Shown one piece after another: positions 1-12,744 of a DNA stretch of 64,000 nucleotides. The DNA comes from Scyliorhinus canicula (taxonomy: Eukaryota): the NCBI RefSeq assembly GCF_902713615.1, contig NC_052157.1:131731425-131795424 (forward strand), in the 5' to 3' direction. The notes beneath the pieces are model-generated. The model worked only from the letters and a program-made list of their open reading frames with translations. It made no database searches and was not told where the DNA came from. How positions within the stretch are numbered: the stretch's first letter is position 1; each line of letters opens with the position of its first letter. The position numbers were made by a program, and so were the translations under genes.

Positions 1-533
1 TCAAGCCTCCATCCCAATTATCATCTGTAGCAGGAAGATCCACGGACCGCCTTTTCATTTTGCCACCAACTGAGGCCCTTAAGTGGCTAATTAATGCCCA
101 TTGAAGGAGAGTCCATCGAGGTCGTGTTTGGTCTAGAGTTCTTTCAAAAGCCTAGCCAGTGGCCGAGACCACTGTCGCCTCCACCCCATGAATCGTTATT
201 CTTGAGGTTTGTTTACACGCACTGAGGTCAACCAAAAAGCAGCCAATATAGACAGGAAGTATATTTTTTTAAGTTCCTACTAGTGGATCTCCTCAACATT
301 GCTGCCAAGAATTACTGAATAGAGCTGTTTTATAACAAAGTTGTGTTAGAACATTACGTTTTATGTAATTTAACATAAAGTATGCTATTTTGGTCACCGA
401 TTTACTGTGATTAAACAAACCTATATCGCAAAGTATTGTCGGACCTTTACTGGTGTATGGGATTCTGTCATTCTATGAACATGGCAAATAAATGTAACGT
501 ATTTTATTTTATTAAAATATCTTGCTTCACGCT

Positions 534-690
534 TGTTGTAGTGCAAGGCAACACGAGAAGTCAGTGTTAAACCACAACGGTGATTTATTTAACAAAGAAG
601 AGCTTGACGTACAGAACAGAACAACTCCAACACAAGTTGAATTCCCTCAACTCTCAAGCTCACTCTGACGATACCCCCAGTTCCACGCCT
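534..690 (-). mobile_element. Diverged partial LTR related to the LTR at 3856-4118
   Basis: tgttgtagtgca...cagtgttaa...gtgatttatttaa...caactccaacac...gacgatacccc is colinear with 3856-4000; similarity is lost after about 690. Confidence 0.6.
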
Positions 691-1009
691 AACAGAGGCA
701 GACTTACAATGAAACACACAGCGTTGCAGCGTGGGGCCCTGAGCAATGTGCCCTTACTGACAGGAGGCTGTGCTGTGCCCCCAAAAAGTGTAAGTCCGCC
801 AAAATAAGCTCCAGTAGAGACGAGTCCATCGAGGTTGTGTTTGGTCTCGAGTTCTTTCAAAGACCGGCCGCATGCCCAAACCTCACCCTTTCAACATAAT
901 ACCCCTATATTTACTGCCCCGCTCTGTCACGCCCTTTGCCTCGCCCTGATGTCAGGCTCCTGCAGCTCCGAGTATGCTCAGTTTGTGGCTGAACAATGGC
1001 ACCACCTGT

Positions 1010-1490
1010 CGGGAGACAGGGTTTGCGTGCCAGGGACGAGGAATCTCCAACAGGGTTAGCATGCGTGAGACAGTTGAATATCAGACAGGGTGTACGTCCA
1101 AGAGAGATAGGGAAATGCCAGACTGGGCGTGGGTGTAAATGAGAGGAGGGGGGATATCAGATCAGATTGTGCGTGTGTGAGAGAGGGGAATATCAGACTA
1201 AGTTTGTATGTTTGAGAGAGAGGGTGGCCTACTAGACAGGACTTGTGTGTATGAGGGACGGTAATATTCAGACTGGCTTAATGTGTGTGAGGGAGAGCAA
1301 TATTTAGTGTGTGTCTAAATATCTGTTAGGATTTGAGTGTGAGGAAGCAAAATATAAGACGGGGTTTGGTGAGAGCGAAGGGAATTAACGGGCATGGATT
1401 GTTGTGTGAGAGAAGGGGAAATACCTGACAGGGGTTGTGTGTATAACAGAGGGGAATATCAAACTAGGTTTTGTGTGTGGATGAGACAGT
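1010..1490. repeat. Degenerate minisatellite, about 40-bp unit (gagaggggaatatcagacagggtttgtgtgt-like)
   Basis: Recurrent ggggaatatcagac / agacagggt / (gt)n(ga)n blocks. Confidence 0.6.
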
Positions 1491-1549
1491 TCAGAGCCAG
1501 GACAATCTCCTGTGGAGGGGAATGCTCAGATCTCACCCATGGAAGTGGA

Positions 1550-4118
1550 AACCTGCATTTGATGCCTGGTTTTCGGGTCTGTGCTGTAAGATGTACAAAT
1601 ACGCGGCCAACAGTAATGACCATCTTTGCACTCTGGCCAATGCTGTCAGTGGGACTGGCTTACCTTTATGGAAGATGCAAAGAATGGTTTATGGTCTGAA
1701 AAAATTAAGTGCTGGCCTGGTCAAAAGCTTCCTCTGGCAATCTTCCCGCTTCCAGCTTTGGTGCTTCCTCAGCAGTTTATGCAGGGGTTCCAAAATGGTA
1801 GACAGAATGGGTAAAAAACAGCTGTAATAATTGGCAATCCCTCAAAACAACTTCAATATTCCTTGGTTCTGTTATCCCTTTTATTGCCTTTATTGTATCT
1901 TCAAGCGGGTGTAATCCCTTTGTATCAACTCTTGACACCTCAATATGTGACCACATCAGCCTGGAATGAGCATTTCTCTTGATTTAGCCGAATACCGGCA
2001 TCTTTAAACCTTGATGACTTCTTCCAATTTGGCTCTGTGTTCCTCTGGTGTTGCTCCTGTCACTAGGACATATCCAGATACAGAACAATTTTCGGAATTC
2101 CCTGCAAAAGGCTTTCCATTTTGCGCTGCAATATAGGGCAGGCTGATGAAATAGCGAAGGACTACCTGATATTGGAATACACCTTTGTGGTATTTATGAT
2201 GACGAATATTCTTTACTCTTCTTCCAGCTCAAGCTGTTGATACACATGGCTTATATCCAATTTGATGTACTTGTGGCCCCCTGCCAATTTGGCATCTAAG
2301 TTCTCTATCCTGGGAATGGGATATTTATCTACTTTAGCAGCCCTGTTCACAGTCATCTTATAATCACCACAGATTTGGACTGCGCGGTCCGGCTTCAACA
2401 CTGGGATGATTGATGCTGTCCATTCTGAAAACTGTACGGGAGTAATTGGCCCCCAGGTCTTCCAGATACTTTTTTGGTGGAGAGCATAAGGCAGCGGTCT
2501 GGCCCAAAAACATTTTGCCGTTGTTTCTGGCTCTACATAGATCTCCTTTTATGCACCCCAACTCTCTCTAGAAAACATTGTGGTATTTACGTAGAAGTTC
2601 CTGGAAAACCCCGTCCATGATGATGAATATTTCTAGCCAATTTAGACTGATTTTCTTCAGCCAATCCTTTCACTACAATCCTTTGCCCTTTCACTACAAT
2701 TAAAGGCAGCCGGGTTGACGAGTGTTGGTACAATAGTGGGCTTGATGCTGTCCCCAATATCTTTAGTGTCTCCCCAGTATAGGTGGCTAAGGTGGCCCAT
2801 GTACAGCTGAGATTCACAGTCTGCAGTCCTCCCTGCAGATACTTAAACATTTTCGCACCCACTACTGTGGCAGTATTGACCTCGATTTGAAATGGACGGC
2901 CGTTGACAACAAGGGTAATCTTGGTATTTTAATTTAATCTCACCATGTTGAGTTTATATCCTTCGAATGTTCCTCACGGTCTTCAAGTTGTTCACCGGAG
3001 TTGCCGACATTTTTTGGAAACTTAAGAGTAGTCGATCTGAATCTGTATCTGGCTTGTATATGATCTTTCTTATTACATCTTAAACAGATGAATTCCTTAC
3101 ACTAGCATCTGTCTTGGGAATGCTCTCAACCACAAGTCTTTAATCCTGGTGACTGCTGGTTACTTTTCTTCTTCTCTGGCTCCGCTGATCCCTCATTTCG
3201 TAACTTTGAGCAGCTCACTTTCACGCCTTGTACTTCAAAAATGCTTTGCTCAGCCAACACAACCGCTTTGTCCAAGGATATCTTGGTTCCTGCCAGCATC
3301 CTCTTCTGAATACTTAAGTTGTTTATCCCACTGACCAACCAACCCATCATGCAACTTGCCGCCAAGAGAAATATCAAATGCACAATGTTCCGAAGTCTGG
3401 CTACAAAAGCGGATGCAGTTTCTCCAGGACCTCTAATGGCTGTATGGAACTTAGAGCGCTGCATAATAATGGAGGGTCGGGGGTTGTAATGGTCCCTCAC
3501 TAATTGCACCAATTGATCAAAGGACTTGGGAGTCCAGAGCCTCCGGAGATGTTAGGCTTTGCACGAGGTTATATGTTTGTGGGCTGCAAACTTACTGTAA
3601 TATTACTTTCTGTTTATCTTCTGCCATGATCTCATCGGCAGCAGAAAAGTATTGAAGCCTTTCGACATATTTCCCCCAGCTTTCAACCTCCGGATCAAAT
3701 GGACCAATTTTCCCGAATAAGTACATAGCTATTCAACTCTACAACGTTTTTTACCTTTTCAAGACTCTTGAGAGGCCACTCTTCCCCCCCCCCTCCGCCT
3801 TACAATTTTTGAAAACTTTCCTCTGCCGAGTGGAGCGATTTATTCTCGTTGCCAATGTTGTAGTGCAGGGCAAAGCAATGACGCAGTGTTAACTCACAAA
3901 AGTGATTTATTTAATGAAGATGAACTTAATATACAAAACAATACAACTCCAACACACGTCTACTGCCATCAACTCCTAAGCCTACTTTGACGATACCCCA
4001 ACAGCCAGGTCTGCACCTAGACACCCGATAAGCTGAGGTTTGCACACTCTGTCCCCTTAGGCTCCGGGAGCGTCACGTGGCTAGCAAAGGATCGCGCCTT
4101 AAAGGGGCCACGCTATCA
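1550..4118 (-). mobile_element. Degenerate Gypsy LTR retrotransposon (5' LTR 3856-4118, PBS, gag-PR-RT-RNase H remnants; integrase not seen)
   Basis: LTR bounded by TG..CA; PBS tggcaacgagaat (3854-3842) resembles the tRNA-Ser(GCU)-type TGGCGACGAGGAT; gag HYNPRPSIIMQRSKF..FVARLR (3126-3512); RT ICGDYKMTVNRAAKVDKYPIPRIE (2213-2401); RNase H-like SDHKP near 1690; many stops and frameshifts. Confidence 0.85.
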
Positions 4119-4136
4119 CTTTTTTACTTTTTAAAA

Positions 4137-4439
4137 ATAATAATCTTTATTGTCACAAGTAGGCCTACATTAACACTGCGATGAACGTATTGTGATAACC
4201 CCTAGTCGCCACCTCCAGCACCTGTTCGGGTACACAGAGGGAGAATTCAGAATGTCCAATTCACCTAACAGGCACATCTTTCGGGACGTGTGGGAGGAAA
4301 CCAAAGTATCCGGAGGAAACCCACACAGACAGGGGGACAACGTGCAGACTCCGTAGAGACAGTGACCCAAGAGGGCATCGAATCTGGGACCCTGGCACGG
4401 CGAAGCAACAGTGCTAACAACTGTGCTACCATGCTGCAC
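4137..4439 (-). mobile_element. HE1-like tRNA-derived V-SINE with gacaataaagattatta tail
   Basis: A/B-box head, V-domain (gggtttcctccgg..ggtttcctcccac), 3' tail shared with the short SINE family at 11577. Confidence 0.85.
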
Positions 4440-4540
4440 TTCTAAACACGACACTTCTCCAGTAATACTTTTTACAACAAAATTTATAAATGACAGCGCC
4501 CAAGTAGACACTCACAACCAGAAGTATAACTACTGCTGGT

Positions 4541-4771
4541 TGGGGGTTGTCAATCTTTGGAATTTCCCACACAGGAGGGCTGGGAATGCTCAGCTGTTAA
4601 ATACATTCAAGATGGAGGTTGAAGATCTTTCAACACTAAGAGAATCGTAGGAAATGAGGACAGGGCCTGAAAGTGAAGTTAGTGCAGAAAACAGCTTTCA
4701 TCTTATTGAATGGGGGTGTAGGCCGAGAGGCCACTTGGCTTATTCCTGCTCCGACTGCTTATGTTCTTATG
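4541..4771 (+). mobile_element. CR1 LINE 3' end fragment
   Basis: VVNLWN..FKMEV C-terminal motif, then CR1-type 3' UTR ending cttatgttcttatg. Confidence 0.7.
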
Positions 4772-5100
4772 CAAATATTTTGTAGTCGGAATTTCCCATG
4801 ACTTGACTGCCAGGATGCAGTTTCAGACTGCAACCAATAGGTAGCACTGAATCACAAGTCTCTCCATTGTGGCCCCATTCTATCAATTTTATTTCTTCAC
4901 CTGAATTTTTGGCAATTTCTTTGGTCCTTTCCCAATGGGACAACTATAATTTTTTACATTTTGGAACTATTTCATTCTTTCTGATGTTGTTTCCCTCCCT
5001 TCTTTAACTAGCCTAATCCCAATTTTATTTTTTCACAAATTCCCCTTCCGTCAAGCCCCAATCCAATACACTCACCCCAATCTCAGAAATAGGAGTCCAT

Positions 5101-5431
5101 GGCTTCACGGTAGCATGGTGGTTAGCATCAATGCTTCACAGCTCCAGGGTCCCAGGTTCGATTCCCGGCTGGGTCACTGTCTGTGTGGAGTCTGCACGTC
5201 CTCCCCGTGTGTGCATGGGTTTCCTCCGGGTGCTCCGGTTTCCTCCCACAGTCCAAAGATGTGCGGGTTAGGTGGATTGGCCATGCTAAATTGCCCGTAG
5301 TGTAAGGTTAATGGGGGGATTGGTGGGTTACGGGTATACGGGTTACGTGGGTTTAAGTAGGGTGATCATTGCTCGGCACAACATTGAGGGCCGAAGGGCC
5401 TGTTCTGTGCTGTACTGTTCTATGTTCTATG
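5101..5431 (+). mobile_element. HE1-like V-SINE with CR1-type tail
   Basis: B box ggttcgattcc, V-domain, tail gggccgaagggcctgttctgtgctgtactgttctatgttctatg. Confidence 0.9.
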
Positions 5432-5779
5432 CCCCCCCCCCCCCGCAGCTGCCACTTCAACCCTGAGAATTAGTTGGGCATTAATTCACTCTTATCCTGA
5501 TCATTATTTTTCAGTGATGTGTTAATTTGTCATTTTTGTATCACAGCAGTTTTTCAACGTAACTTAATGTTTGGTCTGTTGATCATGAAGTTTACAGATT
5601 TAGCTTGTCTTGTTCCATTAGATGAGCTGAAATAGGCCCAATTCTCTAATTTTGCAACAAAACACACGGTTTGTTGTTCTGATCAAAACACAAATCAGGT
5701 CATCATTGAACTGTTTTTGGATTGCCCACCTTTGATCTGCCCGAGCCCTCAATTTTACACCTTTCTCTCGTTTCTCTCC

Positions 5780-6250
5780 TCAGGCGCCCTCCAAGCTCAC
5801 CTTGGCCATGGGACCCACTTCTTCCTCCAGTGATCCTATTCCCACTAAGCTGCTGACCATTGTCGTCCAGCTGGGCCTGCTCTCACCTGATTCCCTTTTT
5901 ATCTTTCGAATCGTAGACAAAGAAGCACCTGCAATGGTTTCCCTTCCTACTCCCACACCATTATCTCTGGTGTCCCCCCAAGAATCTATCCTGGCCCCCT
6001 TCCATTTCTCATCAATGTGCCACCCCTCACTAATGCCATCCCAAGTCACTTGCTTTAGTTTTCACATGTATGCCGATGACCCAACCCCACCTCACCACCA
6101 CCTCTCTCAACTCCTTCACTGTTGCTACATTATCAGACCGTTTATCCAAGATCCAGGACTTGATGAGCAGAAAATTTCCTCCATTGAAATATGGGGAAGA
6201 GTGAAGCCATCATTTTTGGTCTCTACTCTGAAGTCCATTCCCGAGCCACT
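5780..6250 (+). mobile_element. L2 LINE RT fragment
   Basis: DPIPTKLL, GVPQESIL-like and FHMYADD motifs across frames. Confidence 0.75.
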
Positions 6251-6640
6251 GTACTTCAGTTTAGGCAGCTATACTACAGTCTCTATACTAGCGACCAATC
6301 TTCTCACTAAGGATAGATCCTACCAAATGTACAGTTTTTAAAAATACATTTTCTGCATCTATCTATAGAAAAGATATAAATACTGGAATCTTTTACTGCC
6401 ATTATTGTTGCACCTAAAGTGTAGGTTACCCTTTGTATAGAAAGAACTTGTATTAATTTTTAAAGCATTTATAATGGAAAGGACAGATGGTGAATATGAG
6501 ACCAGGAAGTATAAATAAACAAAGGAGGGCAAAGTATAATATATTTGCAGATAGCTTTGTGAATTGTTCCAAAGCAAATTATAGTTCAATAAATTGTATC
6601 TGAGCAACTAGCAATACTTGAGAAATGCTCCAAGATATTT

Positions 6641-6938
6641 AGCACAAGTGGATGGCACAGCGCCAGGGTCCCAGGTTCGATTCCCCGCTGGGTCGCTGTC
6701 GGTGTGGAGAGTTTGCACGTTCTCCTCGTGGTCTGCGTGAGTTTCCTCCGGGTGCTCCGGTTTCCTCCCACATTCCAGACGTGCAGGTTAGGTGGATTGG
6801 CCATTATAAATTGCCCTTAGTGACCAAAAAAGGTTAGATGGGGTCATTGGGTCACGGGGCTAGGGTGGAAGTGAGGGCTTAAGTGGGTTGGTGCGGACTT
6901 GATGGGCCGAATGACCTCCTTCTGCACTGTATGTTCTA
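6641..6938 (+). mobile_element. HE1-like V-SINE
   Basis: B box, V-domain, tail ending ctgtatgttcta. Confidence 0.85.
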
Positions 6939-7246
6939 ATAAATAGTTAAATCTCCACTCAAAACAAATTCTTACATCTGCCTAGTGAATGCAGAGAAAA
7001 ACATCAAATCCATAAATGTATTGATTTACAGCTTCAGACTTAAAATACGGCTCTGCATGCATCACTGATGCATGACATTTGCGGAGCCCGAGTTTTTGGA
7101 AGATAATGGTCTGGTTTCATAGGAGTGTTAGGAAAACAAAGGTAGTTTAAAGGGATTAATATTTGTGTTGGAAAACATTAGAAATAAGGTACAGTTTTAA
7201 ATGTGTTTCATATAATGTTTCTGCGACTAGAAGGGTAAAATCTCTA

Positions 7247-7720
7247 GGGCAAGATTCTCCGGAAAGATTTCGAAGTGTTGAAGCGAGCAGGCATTGCCGC
7301 GAGCCTCCCGGTGCTAGGCCCGGCGAGCCGGCAACGCTATTCAACATTAATTGGTCCACTTAACGAGGTCTCACAGCCTTCTCGCCGCAAATGATGACTT
7401 ACCAGCTGATTTGCTGGCACCGCACTCGCCAGCCCCTCGCTAACAAGGTCGAGCACCACTTAAGCTGCACTTGCTTAGCCAACCCCAGCCAGCTCGCAAC
7501 AATGGCACAGAGGAGAGCAGCCCCAAGATTATGGGATGCTGACCTGAAAAGGCTGCTGGACGCTGTGGAGGACAAGAGGGATATCCTGTTCCCCCGAGGG
7601 TCCAGGCGGGTCAGCCATAGAGCAGCCAGTGCCAGCTGGGACGAGGTGGAGGTGGCTATGAGCACGGGGAGTGTGAGCAGGAGGACTGGCCTCCAGTACA
7701 GGGAAAAGGTCAATGACCAT
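7247..7720 (+). mobile_element. Truncated Harbinger transposon: left TIR plus Myb/SANT-like DNA-binding ORF fragment (ATG 7502)
   Basis: TIR gggcaagattctcc at 7247-7260; MAQRRAAPRLWDADLKRLLDAVEDKRDILF..W..RTGLQYREKVND fits the Harbinger/NAIF1-type Myb pattern. Confidence 0.8.
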
Positions 7721-7812
7721 GGAGTAATGGTTAAGGACACAAGTGAATAGATCTGAAGAGTAGCTAGTTAAGAAATCCAGAGAAATGAAGACAACTTTCC
7801 AAGAAATTTGGA

Positions 7813-8151
7813 GATAGAATCATAAAATTTACAGTGAAGAAGGAGGCCATTCGGCCCATTGAGTCTGCACTTGCCCTTGGAAAGAGCACCCTATTTAAGC
7901 CCACATATCCCCCCTATCCCCATAACCCAGTAACTCCACTCAACCTTTTTGGACACGAAGCGTAATTTAGCATGGCCAATCCACCTAACCTGCACATCTT
8001 TGGACTGTGGGAGGAAACTGGAGCACCCGTAGGAAAACCACGTAGATACGGGGAGAACGTGCAGACTCTGCACAGACAATGACCCAGTCGGCAATCGAAC
8101 ATGGGACCCTGGAGCTGTGAAGCAACTATGCCAACCACTGTGCTACTGTGC
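7813..8151 (-). mobile_element. HE1-like V-SINE (ctgtaaattttatgattctat tail variant)
   Basis: Reverse-complement V-domain and tRNA head. Confidence 0.85.
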
Positions 8152-8250
8152 GTTAAGTGAACAGAGACCAAGGTATGGCTCAGAGTGGAGAGTGTATTTG
8201 CTGACAGTCATCCTGTTTAAAAGGGATCTTGTGTTAATGAGGCCATTATC

Positions 8251-9985
8251 CATAGATACATACATAGAAAATAGAAGCAGGAGGCCGTTTGGCCCTTCGA
8301 GCCTGCTCCGCTATTCATTATCATCATGGCTGATCATCAAGTTCAATACCCTGATCCTGCCTTCCCCCCCATATAGAACATAGAACATAGAACAGTACAG
8401 CACAGAACAGGCCCTTCGGCCCTCGATGTTGTGCCGAGCAATGATCACCCTACTCAAACCCACGGATCCACCCTATACCCGTAACCCAACAACCCCCCCC
8501 CCCTTAACCTTACTTTTTAGGACACTACGGGCAATTTAGCATGGCCAATCCACCTAACCTGCACATCTTTGGACTGTGGGAGGAAACCGGAGCACCCGGA
8601 GGAAACCCACGCACACACGGGGAGGACGTGCAGACTCCACACAGACAGTGACCCAGCCGGGAACCGAACCTGGGACCCTGGAACTGTGAAGCATTTATGC
8701 TAACCACCATGCTACCGTGCTGCCCCAGTTCAGTTTCCCCAGAACCTTTCAGTTTCCCCAGAACCTTCTCCTTAATAATGGTCACTGCACTCACCTCTAC
8801 CCCCTGGTTCTCCTGGAGCTCTGGCACCCCACTGGTGTCTTCCACCGTGAAGACTGACGCAAAGTAACTATTCAGTTCATCTGCCATTTCTTGTTTCCTA
8901 TTATTACTTCTCCAGCCACATTTTCCAGTTGTCCAATGTATATTTTTGCCTCTCTCTTATCTTTTATATATTGAAAAAAACTCTTCCTATCTTCCTTTAT
9001 ATTACCAGCTAGCTTGTCCACTGCTTGCTTTTAAAGGCTTCCCAATCCTCTGGCTTCCCACTAATCCTCACCACTTTGTATGCTTTTTCTTTAGCTTTTA
9101 TGCTGTCCTTGACTTCCCTTGTCAACCATGGATGCTTTGTCCTCACCTTAGCATGTTTTCTCCTCCTTGGGATGAATTTCCGTTGTGCCTCCCGAATAAC
9201 CTCTAAAAACTCCTGCCATTGCTGCTCCACTGTCTTCCCTGCTGGGCTCCTTTTCCAATCAACTCTGGACAACTCCTCCCTCATGTCTTTGTAGTTTCCC
9301 TTATTTAATTGTAATGCCGTTACATCTGATTGCAGCTCTCAAACTGCAGGGTAAATTTTATCATATTGCTCCCTAAGGGTTCCTTCACCTTAAGTTCTCT
9401 GATCGAGTCTGCCTCATTACACATCACCAAATCCAGAATTGCCTGTTCCCTAGTAGGCTGTGTCACAAGCTGCTCCAAAAAACATCTCTTGGACATTCCA
9501 CAAATTCCTTTTCTTGGGATCCATTACCACAACTTGATTTTCCCAGTCCACCTGCATATTCATATATCTGGTGATCCCTTCAGCCCCAAGAGCTATATCT
9601 CATGCCTTCTTGAAATTACACAACATTTTACCTCAATTACTTCCTGTGATAGTGAGTTCCACAGATTCACCAATCTCTGGGTGAAGAAATTTCTCCTCAC
9701 ATCAGTCCTAAAAGATTTACCCCTTATCCTCAAACTATGGCCGCTAATTCTGGACACCCCACCATTGGGACCATTCTTTCTGAATCTACCTGGTCTAATC
9801 CTGTTAGAATTTTATAAGTTTCTGTGAGATCCCCTCTCACTCTTCTAAACTCCAACGAATATAATCCATGACTTATCTCTCCTCATGTGACAGTCCTGCT
9901 ATCCCTGAAAACTGCCTGGTAAACCTTCGCTGTTCTCCCTCCTTAGCAAGACCATCCTTCCTCAGAAATACTCCAGATGTAGCCT
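8251..9985 (-). mobile_element. CR1 composite: 3' end (8251-8374, resuming 9561-9985) interrupted by a V-SINE (8375-8725) and an internal CR1 ORF2 piece (8727-9560)
   Basis: MADELNSYFASVFTVED and REELSRVDW..PWLTREVKDSIKAK are typical CR1 ORF2; CR1 3' UTR with catagaa repeats. Confidence 0.8.
8375..8725 (-). mobile_element. HE1-like V-SINE, full length
   Basis: Near-identical to the 5101 copy in reverse; (catagaa)n tail. Confidence 0.9.
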
Positions 9986-11576
9986 CTTTAGTGCAGGCTG
10001 GATTTAAAAAGTGCAGATTACCAATGATATTGGTTCCCCTGCTGATGAGTGCAGTCAACGAACAATGCAAATGCACTGGCTGCACACAAACATCATCTTA
10101 ATAAGAAGGCAGCACGTAGTTGGCAGGCTGCCTGCATTTCACTCAACGGGCGTGGGTTATTAGATTTCACCATCCCTGAATCCGCTTTCAGAGGCTCACT
10201 AAATTATAGGCCATTGACTCAGAACCCACGAGAAAAGTATGCAAAGCATTAAAATGTTATATATATATTGTTATATATCAGCTTCTACCATCACCCCACA
10301 ATATTTTTTAAAAGTGATTCGATTGTCGTGGTTTTCATTTCCTGGCTGTCGTTCTGTGAGAATTCTTTAATGTGAATAGGTGATGACATCATCGCGATAC
10401 AAGGAACAAATGAAACCTCAGGTAAGTTTGAAGATGTTTCAAATCCTTCGCTAGATGCTTTGATTTAGAAGCAGCAAAATTAAACAAGCGATGTACTGAC
10501 TGCTTGGACAGCTTGATGACATCACTGTAGCTCCACACTGGGAATGCTCATTGAAGAACTGTGCGTTGGGAGGGAGGGAACGTTCTGACCACAGGGATGA
10601 CGAGATCTCTCTGCCAGGCCTCCTCGGAGATCAAACACTGGTTTTGCCACCGACTGCAAAATTCAGGCCGTTTTTCTACTTCTAACCACATTGTAATCAC
10701 AATCTGAATATCACTTTTAGATTTTCTGACAAACGGAATCTGGACCCGCTAGAATGCTGGAACTCCAAAACGTAGAAAGCAATAGAAACCTGAAGTGAAA
10801 TTCAAGCATAAATAAAAACAGAAAAATTATGGAAATACTGGATAGATGCGGCAATGTCTTGGGGAGAGAACAGATTCAGGTCAGCGAACCTCTGCCAGAA
10901 GAGCATTTTGCTTTTCTATTAGTGAAATTCAAGCAGTTTGTCAATAACATTTGAACCCCAATATAAATCACAATGTTCAAACAGGCTTCAGGCAATATTA
11001 TTCGGTGGCGCTTTGAATGTGGCCTAGTTTATTATAGCTTCATTTAGGCTTCATCTTCCTTCCAGTAAGAGATCATGGAAGATAGCAACAGACAACAGGC
11101 TCCTTTGTGGATTATATGACTTTACTTGAAGCTGCGTCACATCTAATGTCATGTAATTGGATCAATTCTATCTGAACGGGCCAATTCCTCACTGGTTCTC
11201 TTTAGTAAAGAAACAAAGTAATTGAAACAGCAGTGCAACTTGCCAAACACAACTCATTTTCTCAACATTTACAGGAAGCGTCAGGAAATGGTGATAAAAT
11301 TAAAATCAAGGAAACCCAGTAATTAGGAATGTGGTTCTGCTGGTTGTATATTTTTTTCAAACCTATTCAAAAAAAGAAGCAGTGTAGTGGTAGAGGCAGT
11401 TTGGCTAGGTTGAAGAAACTAGTGCTTTTGACTTGCTGATAGGCCTAGCAACTCAAGGCAAGTTGGTGACAATGCAGAACACAATGTCAAGGAATTGAAT
11501 AAGAATGTTAGAGGTTCAAAAGAGGAGGTGAGGTGTGAACTGCACAATTACATTCTAAAAGGTGGACTCACAACAT

Positions 11577-11805
11577 GAATGAAAAATGAAATGAAAATGA
11601 AAAATGAAATGAAATGAAATGAAATGAATGAATGAAAATCGCTTATTGTCACGAGTAGGCTTCAATGAAGTTACTGTGAAAAGCCCCTAGTCACCACATT
11701 CCGGCGCCTGTCCGGGGAGGCTGGTACGGGAATCGAACCGTGCTGCTGGCCTGCTTGGTCTGCTTCAAAAGCCAGCGATTTAGCCTGGTGAGCTAAACCA
11801 GCCCC
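11577..11805 (-). mobile_element. Short tRNA-derived SINE with (CATTT)n tail
   Basis: Head ggggctggtttagctca..ggttcgattcccg; near-identical copies at 15918, 48361 and 58878. Confidence 0.85.
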
Positions 11806-11929
11806 TATGTAATTGTAATGTAATTAAGAGTGACAGCTGAGGAGGTTAGTTCGGAGAATGGAAGATCAAACGGGAAAACGGGATATCAGGACCAACTTTT
11901 AACCTCTGTAGTTTGGCTGTTTTGAGACC

Positions 11930-12744
11930 TCAGCGCGCAAGAAAAGCTGTGAAACTCCCAGCAAGTTGTGCCTGTAAAAGAAGTCTGCTTGGTATTGGCC
12001 ATTATCTACCCGAATGGGAACAGAGTCTCATAGCACACGAGAATAGCTGGGTGTTTTCCAGCGCTCGGACCACCGAAAAATACCCCGCTCTCTAACGCCC
12101 ATCCATGTAGATCGGGGGCCTTGGCGGGGAACACCCCGACGAGGCCACACTTAGCCCCATTTTCTGCACTGAGGAGCTCCGCTTGCCCCTGATACAACCC
12201 CCAAACCCCCCTCCCCAAGCCCCAACTCACTATCAGAAAGGCCCCGGGCTCTCCCACACCAGCCCGATCACCACTGCACAAAAAAGTCAGCTTGATACCT
12301 TGACAGTACCATTCCGGCACCCTGGCAGTGCCCTTGCCAGCTGGTAGTGCCACCTGAGCACCCAGGTGGTGCTGCCAGGATGGCAGGCTGGCAGTGTTAG
12401 GGTGCCCAGGAGGCACCAGCAGTGACAGAGTACCACCAAGCCCAGAGGGCATGCACCTGGATGTCTCTAATCCCCTGGGAGACTCCCAAGACTGCCGTTC
12501 CACCTGGTCCCCGTTTGTGGAGACCAGTGTACTTCTGGTTGATTTTCTTGTTGTGCATCCTATTGTTTAATAAACCTTTATTTTATTTAAAATCATCACA
12601 AGGACGTCTGAGATTCCTTCTCTGGTTTTGACATCTTTCTTCACATTATGCCAAACTGCAAAATACAGTTGAGAGCAGGTGTTTCTAGTTTTAATTCTGG
12701 GATTTGGAATACGCTAGCATTTAGCATCAGCTGTGCTCTTAACA
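11930..12744 (+). mobile_element. LTR-like element (same family as 17884-18950) containing a GC-rich Harbinger-type insert (about 12010-12530)
   Basis: aaagctgtg..actccc..aagtctg and the 3' block aataaa..aatacagttgagagcaggt..catcagctgtgctcttaaca match the second copy; 5' boundary not defined. Confidence 0.55.

Noticed and set aside
534-4118. Treating 534 and 3856 as the paired LTRs of one insertion
   Set aside because: Similarity is partial and low, no matching TSD or PPT was found, and a minisatellite intervenes; left unresolved
7391-7750. Domesticated host Myb gene (NAIF1/MSANTD-like)
   Set aside because: Still attached to a TIR and truncated right after the domain, so treated as a transposon fragment
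11640-11805. tRNA genes (A/B boxes here and in other SINE heads)
   Set aside because: They continue into SINE bodies and tails and recur as dispersed copies
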